Part shown: positions 37,035 to 42,624 of the stretch, piece by piece
How the letters are laid out: each line of letters begins with the position of its first letter
How positions within the stretch are numbered: the stretch's first letter is position 1
DNA from: Clostridia bacterium
Lineage (GTDB): Bacteria; Bacillota; Clostridia; Christensenellales; UBA1242
Assembly: GCA_017505165.1 (NCBI GenBank)
Contig: JAFVPU010000217.1
Coordinates: 1 to 42,624 of the forward strand
Length of the DNA stretch: 42,624 nt
Direction: 5' to 3'
The notes under the pieces: model-generated
Seen by the model: the letters and a program-made list of their open reading frames with translations, nothing else
The model's database searches: none
Told to the model about the DNA's origin: nothing
Program-made: the position numbers and the translations under genes

Positions 37035-37785
37035 ATTTAATCTCTTTGGTTCTGATGATCGCCCTATCGAAACTTTTGGTGAAGTAACATTCAAAGAAAG
37101 TCATGAAGAAATTATTCCATCTAACGAATCTGTTAGTTTGGAAACTATCAATGCATACGATATGAATGAGCGTAAACAGATGAGTGCTGCTATATTGAGT
37201 AACAAAAGCAACTTTTTGGATTGTGTTTGTGATGGTGGTCCTAGAAAGAAACCACTTATCTTCACAAAAACTATCTGCAAAGAAACAAAAAGCTGTTGCT
37301 GGGAGTTCTTCCTTAATTATATCTGTTTCACAGTAACCAATGATTTCATCACTAAACTCGAACAAGTTAAAGAAAATGATTGTGTTCTTATTCACGGACC
37401 TGCTTGTTGTTACACTGATGATGCTGAAGTTATTTGTGCTGCAATCAGTCGTTGTAAAGCAAAAGAAAAACTTATCAGTTCTCCTTATATCTTAGATATC
37501 GGAGCTGCTTCTATTCTGCTTACAGCAACCAAAATCATTCATTCTGTATGTAACCTCATTCGTCTCAGTCCTCCAATGGTGTCAGGAGGAGGTGCTATGC
37601 AAGATGCACGTATGACTTTTGAAAACAATGTTTACAGAAACACTATCGTTATTAAGAACTTGCTTAAAGCTGGTTTTATTACACAAGATGAATACAATCA
37701 TCTTGTCGAAGAACAAGGTGGTGTGTGTCTTCATGGTAAACGTTTGAAAGAGATCATTGATATCTTCAATCAAAAACATGCATAA
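37027..37785 (+). CDS. ClpP-like paralog, probably catalytically inactive (252 aa)
   Basis: AGAGGAGA RBS. 8-nt overlap with 36351-37034. CVLIHGPACCYTDDAEVICAAI...ILDIGAASILLTA...LIRLSPPMVSGGG...ITQDEYNHLVEEQGG.CLHGKRL follows the ClpP fold pattern. The Ser is retained in GAAS, but the His of the (M/I)xHxP motif is replaced (RLSPP). Confidence 0.5.
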   Translation: MSKFNLFGSDDRPIETFGEVTFKESHEEIIPSNESVSLETINAYDMNERKQMSAAILSNKSNFLDCVCDGGPRKKPLIFTKTICKETKSCCWEFFLNYICFTVTNDFITKLEQVKENDCVLIHGPACCYTDDAEVICAAISRCKAKEKLISSPYILDIGAASILLTATKIIHSVCNLIRLSPPMVSGGGAMQDARMTFENNVYRNTIVIKNLLKAGFITQDEYNHLVEEQGGVCLHGKRLKEIIDIFNQKHA

Positions 37786-37790
37786 GTTTA

Positions 37791-37823
37791 AGAGATAGAT
37801 GGACGTTTCGTCCATCTATCTCT
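37791..37823. terminator. 15-bp perfect hairpin H14
   Basis: agagatagatggacg-ttt-cgtccatctatctct, 6 nt after the stop at 37785. No U-tract. Confidence 0.65.
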
Positions 37824-38000
37824 GAATCTCATATTCGTCATTTTAATCCTAAGTTTGTCTATAGTTTAGCCTCAAATTATCAACATTTTTTAACGAGTCT
37901 GCATCTCATATCAGGGTTAAAAATATGTAATAAATTAGATATCAAAAATGAGTAATGTTATACTCGGCTATGAGTAAAATCTAAATAGAAGGAGCTTAAA

Positions 38001-39242
38001 ATGAATGTTATTAAGCGTAATGGTGATGTTGTAGAATTTGATTCTTCTAAAATTACCAAAGCCATTGAAAAAGCAAACAATAAAGTCGAAAATCGGTTCA
38101 GACTTCATATGCTCCCGAGAGATATCGCAAGAGAACTTTCAAACGATATTGGCAAACGTGAAAGCATCAGTGTTGAAGAGATTCAGGATCTTGTAGAGAA
38201 GAAACTCTATGAAGTTGGAGCTTCATTCGAACTTATCAAAGAATACGTAACTTATCGGTATCGCCGTTCGCTTGAACGTGATAAGTATAACGCTTTCATT
38301 TCAGGGATCAAAGAAAAACTCCAAGCAAAGAATGTAAAAAATCAGAATGCTAATGTTGATGAACATTCGTTTAGTGGTCGTTATGGAGAAGCAACCAACT
38401 ACATGACAAAAGAGATTGCTCTTACTACCAGACTTTCTCCTATGGCTAGAAACAATCACCTTGGAAATATGATTTATATTCACGATCTCGATCATTACGA
38501 ATTGGGAGATCACAACTGTCTCACAATTCCATTCGACGATCTTCTTAAAAACGGTTTTGAAATAAGACAGACCGATATCCGTACAGCTAGGAGCGTTGAT
38601 ACCGCATTTCAGTTATTGGCTGTTATTTTCCAGCTACAGAGTCTTAATCAGTTTGGTGGAGTCAGCTCTGGACATCTTGACCACACAATGGTACCATATG
38701 TACGTATTTCATTTTACAAACATTTCAAAGATGGTCTTGAATTCGTTGAAGAAGTAGACAAAACTGATGTCATTTGGACTAAGATTTGCGATTCTCTTTC
38801 TGTTGATGATGAAATCTACAAGTCTCACAAGAAAGCATACAATTATGCAACACGTATGACATTGAAAGAAATACGTCAAGCTGTTGAAGGAATGTTCCAT
38901 AATCTGAATTCGCTCCAAAGTAGAGCAGGTGGACAACTTCCATTCACTTCAATCAACTATGGTACTTGTACTAATACTGAAGGTAGATGGATAATCAAAA
39001 ACCTTCTTGAAGTTAATATTGAAGGTATCGGTAAGAACAAAAGAACTCCCATATTTCCATGTTCTATCTTCCAGTGTATGAAAGGTGTTAATCGACATCC
39101 GGGTGATCCAAATTACGATATGTTCAGGTTGGCACTTAAATCAACAGCATCTAGACTTTACCCCAATTATGTAAATTGTGATTGGTCTGGTAATGCTGGT
39201 TATGATATCAATGATCCAAAAACATACATGTCCACAATGGGT
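38001..39242 (+). CDS. nrdD: anaerobic ribonucleoside-triphosphate reductase NrdD, exon 1 of 3 (414 codons)
   Basis: GAAGGAG RBS. ATP-cone N-terminus MNVIKRNGDVVEFDSSKITKAIEKA. FPCSIFQCMKGVNRHPGDPNYDMFRLALKSTASRLYPN is typical of NrdD. The exon ends ...STMG (GGT, last base T 39242). The remaining 11 codons of the track ORF are intron sequence. Confidence 0.85.
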
Positions 39243-39497
39243 AAGTGTAAATGCAGCCCATTTAAAACTTTCTGAACCTCGCCCGAGGGTGTAGTAGTGT
39301 TAATCTACTGCTAACGGTTAGGACTCTATGAGTTGAGACCGTGCTAAATTCTACATATGTAGATAAATGTGTATCGACTATCCCCGATGAATGTAAGGGA
39401 GTAGGGTGTGAGATAGGCACACACTCGAAGCGGAAAGCTATATTAGTATTAATATAGAAGATATAGTCAGTGTCATCAGTGATGATGAATTAAAACG
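39243..39497 (+). mobile_element. group I intron (IA2, T4 td-like core), ORF-less, 255 nt
   Basis: The 5' exon ends in U. Exon AAUGGGU (39236-39242) pairs with intron GCCCAUU (39256-39262), giving the U.G wobble at the splice site. The intron ends in G 39497. Core strings CCGUGCUAAAUU, AUAAAUG, CGACUAUCCC, GGGAGUAGGGU, ACUCGAA and AGAUAUAGUC match the T4 td intron as I recall it. P6 is a simple hairpin, ucuacauauguaga. Confidence 0.8.
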
Positions 39498-39995
39498 TGC
39501 AGAACAACCAACGGCTTTGATATCAACGGTCTCGGACAGCAAAAAGATGGTCGTGGTAATATCTGTCCTGTAACTATCATTCTTCCTGAGCTTGCTATGC
39601 AGGTTAAAGCAAGAGAATACAAAAAACTATCGAGTAAAGATAACATTTCTTTGTTCCTTGAACTTCTTGATAAAAAGATTCATGAAGCCAAAGACATGCT
39701 TCTTGAAAGATTTGAGTGGATATGTTCTCAATCTCCTGAATGTGCCAAATTTATGTACGATAACAACGTGATGGCAGGTTATGTTCCTGAAGAAGGAATT
39801 AGAAGTGCTCTCAAACATGGTACAATTGTCATCGGTCAGCTTGGTCTTGCTGAGTGTTTACAAATATTGGTTGGTTGTGATCATACTGAACCACTTGGTA
39901 TGAAATTAGCAAAACTTATTGAACAACTTTTTAAAGATCGTTGTGCTGAATTCAAACAACAATATAAATTAAACTTTGGTGTTTATTTTACCCCT
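39498..39995 (+). CDS. nrdD: NrdD exon 2 of 3 (166 codons)
   Basis: Starts TGC AGA (CRTTNGFDINGLGQQKDGRGNICPVTIILPELA...), restoring MGCR across the junction. It is in frame with track ORF 39597-40031. It ends ...FGVYFTP (CCT, last base T 39995). Confidence 0.85.
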
Positions 39996-40975
39996 GAATT
40001 CTGTGGGGGCTGCTACAGAGATGTAGCATGAGAAAGTCGGCTAACCGAGAAAACTCGGGTGTGCTCATTATGAGTGCTAACAGGGAACCCAAGAACCCTG
40101 TGCTAAATAGAAACACAACAAAGGATTTGTTAAATGAAAATCGAAAAGATACCTGACGATGCTGTACTTATTCCTGGAACCAAAGATGAATATATCGATA
40201 GACAAGGAAATGTCTATGGACATGATCATCGATCAGGACACAAGGGTGAACCGTTTATACGGGAACAAAACACCGTACATGGTTATAAGTACACAAAAAT
40301 ACGTGGAGTATCTACGAGAGTTCATAGAGTTGTTGCAGAAGTCTTTATTCCAAACCCAGATAACTTACCGATTGTTATGCACAAAAACAATAACAAAGCA
40401 GACAACCGGGTAGAGAATTTAAAATGGGGTACCATTAAAGAAAATACGCAACAAGCAGTTGACGATGGATTAATGGTGAACGCTAAAGGTGCTGAGGATT
40501 CACAAAGCATCCCTTGCGACATGTATGATACAGTTACAAACAAACGCATTGCTTCATTTGGTTCCACATCAGAAGCAATGCGTGCAACAGGTATCAATAA
40601 AGTAACAATATGTGCCCAAATCCGCTCATCTGCACCAATACGTAAACCTGTCTACTTCACGCGCAAAGACGAAGGAAGTAGACCTCATGACATTGTAGTG
40701 GCGACCGATTTAAAAACTGGTGAAGAAATTGGAAGATATCCAAACGTAGGACGTGCCTCGGCAGCAACTGGCATTCCTCAAAACACCATTGCTCAACAAT
40801 GTCAAACTGGAAAACGTAAATGGTCTAAAACAAACGTGGTATTTTCACGTGTGTTTCTTAAAGGTGAAGAGATCATCGAAAGCGATAAGCGAGTAGAGTA
40901 GTGTATGAGTGAAACTCTCATATGCGAAAGACCGACACCCACCAGTGCGGTGGGATAAAATATGATCCATTAAAG
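39996..40975 (+). mobile_element. group I intron carrying an HNH homing endonuclease gene, 980 nt
   Basis: The 5' exon ends in U. Exon CCCCU pairs with intron GGGGG (40005-40009), including a U.G pair. GCUAACAGGGAACC...CCCUGUGCUAAAU resembles td CUAAACGGGGAACC...CCCGUGCUAAAU. The ORF follows in the position of the P6 loop. The intron ends in G 40975. Removing it restores TP|AENLC. Confidence 0.75.
40134..40901 (+). CDS. intron-encoded HNH homing endonuclease, I-HmuI-like (255 aa)
   Basis: AAAGGA RBS. VHRVVAEVFIPNPDNLPIVMHKNNNKADNRVENLKWGTIKEN is the HNH_3 / I-HmuI-type motif. It is followed by two helix-turn-helix-like modules (GSTSEAMRATGINKVTICAQI and PNVGRASAATGIPQNTIAQQC), NUMOD/IENR-like. 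Confidence 0.8.
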   Translation: MKIEKIPDDAVLIPGTKDEYIDRQGNVYGHDHRSGHKGEPFIREQNTVHGYKYTKIRGVSTRVHRVVAEVFIPNPDNLPIVMHKNNNKADNRVENLKWGTIKENTQQAVDDGLMVNAKGAEDSQSIPCDMYDTVTNKRIASFGSTSEAMRATGINKVTICAQIRSSAPIRKPVYFTRKDEGSRPHDIVVATDLKTGEEIGRYPNVGRASAATGIPQNTIAQQCQTGKRKWSKTNVVFSRVFLKGEEIIESDKRVE

Positions 40976-41443
40976 GCAGAAAACCTCTGTTATACAGCTA
41001 TGCTTAAGTTCAAAGAAAAATGGGGTGAAATACCAAACGTTTCAGATAGAGACTTCTTTACTAATTCAATACATGTTCCTGTGTGGAAAAAGATGACTCC
41101 TTTTGAAAAGATCGATATTGAATCTCAGCTCACAGGATACAGCAATGCTGGATGTATAACTTACATTGAACTAGATTCTAGTTGTAAAAATAACATCGAT
41201 TCTATCGAATCTATTGTCAATTACGCAATGGATAAAGATATTCCATATTTCGCTATCAATGTACCAAATGACCAGTGCTCAGAATGTGGATACATTGATG
41301 AAATAGGAACCAACTGTCCTGTATGTGGAAACGATGATATCAAACGTCTTCGCAGAGTCACAGGATACTTAACAGGAAACTACACTACTGCTTTCAACTA
41401 TGGAAAGCAGAAAGAAGTTGAAGCTCGCGTTAAACATTGCTAA
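40976..41443 (+). CDS. nrdD: NrdD exon 3 of 3 (155 codons plus stop)
   Basis: Starts GCA GAA AAC (AENLCYTAMLKF...). Contains the CSEC...CPVC zinc ribbon and the glycyl-radical motif RRVTGYLTG. The upstream 18 codons of track ORF 40922-41443 are intron sequence. Confidence 0.85.
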   Translation, partial: AENLCYTAMLKFKEKWGEIPNVSDRDFFTNSIHVPVWKKMTPFEKIDIESQLTGYSNAGCITYIELDSSCKNNIDSIESIVNYAMDKDIPYFAINVPNDQCSECGYIDEIGTNCPVCGNDDIKRLRRVTGYLTGNYTTAFNYGKQKEVEARVKHC

Positions 41444-41453
41444 CATACATATT

Positions 41454-41488
41454 AAGAACCCTAGTCAATGAAATCGACTAGGGTTCTT
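41454..41488 (+). terminator. hairpin H15 with U-tract between nrdD and nrdG
   Basis: aagaaccctagtc-aatgaaatc-gactagggttctt, followed by ttttattt. Confidence 0.8.
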
Positions 41489-41506
41489 TTATTTAAAGGA
41501 GACAAA

Positions 41507-42082
41507 ATGAACTATTGTGAAATCAATGCATGTGATATCGCGAATGGAGATGGTGTGAGAGTATCGTTATTCGTCTCTGGATGCGATAAAAAATGTAAGG
41601 GTTGTTTTAACCCTTCTACGTGGGACCCTAAGTATGGGAGATTGTGGTCTGAAGAGACTTATGATCTACTCCGCACGATGCTCATGAAACCATATATTAA
41701 AGGTCTTACTCTTCTTGGTGGAGATCCTTTTTTTTCTGGTAATAGAAGTGATATATCTAATCTTCTTAGACTACTCAGAAGTGATATCAAAGAGTTCTCT
41801 ACTGGAGAGAAAGATATCTGGATGTATACTGGTTATCTCTATGAAGATCTTGTTCAGTATGATCAAGAAGAAAGAAAGAAGTTTGGTTGTCAGATAATCA
41901 ACGGAGAAGTTCATACAGGTTCAAGACTCATACTTCACTACATCGATGTTCTTGTTGATGGCCCGTTCATTGAAGAACAGAAAGATCTTAGTCTTAAGTT
42001 CAGAGGTTCTTCTAATCAGAGAATCATCGATGTCAAGAAATCTTTAAAAGAAGGCAAGGTTGTGTTGTACTATGGAAAATAG
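41507..42082 (+). CDS. nrdG: anaerobic ribonucleotide reductase activating protein (radical SAM) NrdG (191 aa)
   Basis: I trimmed ORF track entry 41468-42082 to ATG 41507 (MNYCEINACDIANGDGVRVSLFVSGCDKKCKGCFNP), which has AAAGGAG upstream. It has the CxxxCxxC cluster, GGDP, and DGPF...FRGSSNQRIID. The longer track start lies inside terminator H15. Confidence 0.85.
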   Translation: MNYCEINACDIANGDGVRVSLFVSGCDKKCKGCFNPSTWDPKYGRLWSEETYDLLRTMLMKPYIKGLTLLGGDPFFSGNRSDISNLLRLLRSDIKEFSTGEKDIWMYTGYLYEDLVQYDQEERKKFGCQIINGEVHTGSRLILHYIDVLVDGPFIEEQKDLSLKFRGSSNQRIIDVKKSLKEGKVVLYYGK

Positions 42083-42413
42083 ACCACCGATAGAAGCTGC
42101 GATATTTTACAGTCTTCTAAACAAAGAGAAAATAACTCTCGATGAATTGATGAACAAAATAAGAGATCTGATAAAGTCAGATGAGTTCTGTAAACTCTGG
42201 TTCCCATTCGATCGTAAAGATGTAATGAAATTCACAATGAGTCATCAAAAATATCTTAGTATCGATTATACCAAAGAAGGTTGGGTTCTCACAAAAAAGA
42301 AACAACCAGAAGGCGATACATACTTCACTGAAGAGAACATAGATAAAATATTTTGTGATCCTTGGTTCGAAGATAAAAAACTCATGCAACGTTTTAAAGA
42401 AACATTTGTATAA
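42072..42413 (+). CDS. hypothetical protein (113 aa)
   Basis: I trimmed ORF track entry 42060-42413 (TTG start) to ATG 42072. It overlaps the nrdG stop. No recognisable domain. Confidence 0.55.
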   Translation: MENRPPIEAAIFYSLLNKEKITLDELMNKIRDLIKSDEFCKLWFPFDRKDVMKFTMSHQKYLSIDYTKEGWVLTKKKQPEGDTYFTEENIDKIFCDPWFEDKKLMQRFKETFV

Positions 42414-42416
42414 AAC

Positions 42417-42455
42417 TCATCTAGAGATAGTGGAACTTCCACTATCTCTAGATGA
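42417..42455. terminator. 18-bp perfect hairpin H16
   Basis: tcatctagagatagtgga-act-tccactatctctagatga, 3 nt after the stop at 42413. No U-tract. Confidence 0.7.
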
Positions 42456-42481
42456 ATATTAAAAGTTATTATAAAAATGGA

Positions 42482-42624
42482 ATGGAATGTATAATAAAAG
42501 ATACATTACCCTCAAATAATAACAAAGATTGTTCTGCTGATTTAGTAACTGTAACTAGAAGTAATTTAAATAAAGGTTATGTAATATCAGAAGGAGAATA
42601 TTATAATGAATTAAGCTGCGTTAC
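42482..42624 (+). CDS. possible start of a further ORF running off the right edge
   Basis: Hand translation from ATG 42482 (MECIIKDTLPSNNNKDCSADLVTVTRSNLNKGYVISEGEYYNELSCV...) stays open to the window end. No convincing RBS and only 47 codons are visible. Confidence 0.25.
   Translation, partial: MECIIKDTLPSNNNKDCSADLVTVTRSNLNKGYVISEGEYYNELSCV

Noticed and set aside
37824-38000. NrdR boxes or an FNR site (TTGAT-N4-ATCAA) upstream of nrdD.
   Set aside because: I read the 177-nt leader and found only an isolated ATCAA, with no palindromic partner and no 16-bp NrdR-type palindromes.
39243-39275. The ORF-track extension of nrdD exon 1 (…KCKCSPFKTF*), and the Met starts at 39597 and 40922 treated as independent genes.
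   Set aside because: The homology to NrdD stops at STMG and resumes at CRTT and AENL. The extra codons are intron sequence, and the internal Met codons have no RBS.
41468-41506. The longer nrdG start (MKSTRVLLFKGDK...) given by the ORF track. The same reasoning applies to the long N-terminal extension of 3422-4573 and to the GTG/TTG starts at 20229, 20249 and 42060.
   Set aside because: The extensions begin inside terminator hairpins or lack an RBS. The internal ATGs have canonical AGGAG-type sites and give family-typical N-termini (MNY... for NrdG).
1-42624. tRNA genes, CRISPR arrays, integrase or transposase genes, terminase.
   Set aside because: No T-loop-like GTTCRAnnC cloverleaf candidates appear in the intergenic gaps. 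There are no direct-repeat/spacer arrays. No recombinase motifs or Walker-A-containing large-terminase-like ORF were seen.

Overview
This window is an AT-rich, densely coding fragment of a large contractile-tailed bacteriophage, probably a jumbo phage. It uses the standard bacterial code: TAA, TGA and TAG all terminate good ORFs, and almost every start has an AGGAG-type RBS. Genes lie in alternating-strand blocks: 1-471 (-), 824-2312 (+), 2386-4459 (-), 4660-5756 (+), 5810-11517 (-), 11718-16272 (+), 16332-20214 (-), 20258-23065 (+), 23549-26976 (-) and 27049-42413 (+). Convergent junctions and many co-directional junctions carry long, near-perfect palindromic hairpins, 16 in total.

Content I can recognise:
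- a four-member paralogous family of probable internal virion proteins
- a tail sheath and tail tube pair
- a large possible portal protein
- a highly diverged N-terminal half of a multisubunit RNA polymerase beta subunit, sitting among virion genes (the phiKZ-like / AR9-like hallmark)
- a T4 gp21-like prohead protease interrupted by one in-frame TAA
- two tandem ClpP-like ORFs, the second apparently missing the catalytic His
- an anaerobic ribonucleotide reductase locus (nrdD, nrdG)

nrdD is split into three exons by two td-like group I introns, and the second intron carries an I-HmuI-like HNH homing endonuclease. I saw no tRNA, rRNA, CRISPR array, integrase or transposase. All functional calls rest on motif recognition by eye and need HMM or structure searches to confirm. 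Many large structural ORFs remain unassigned.
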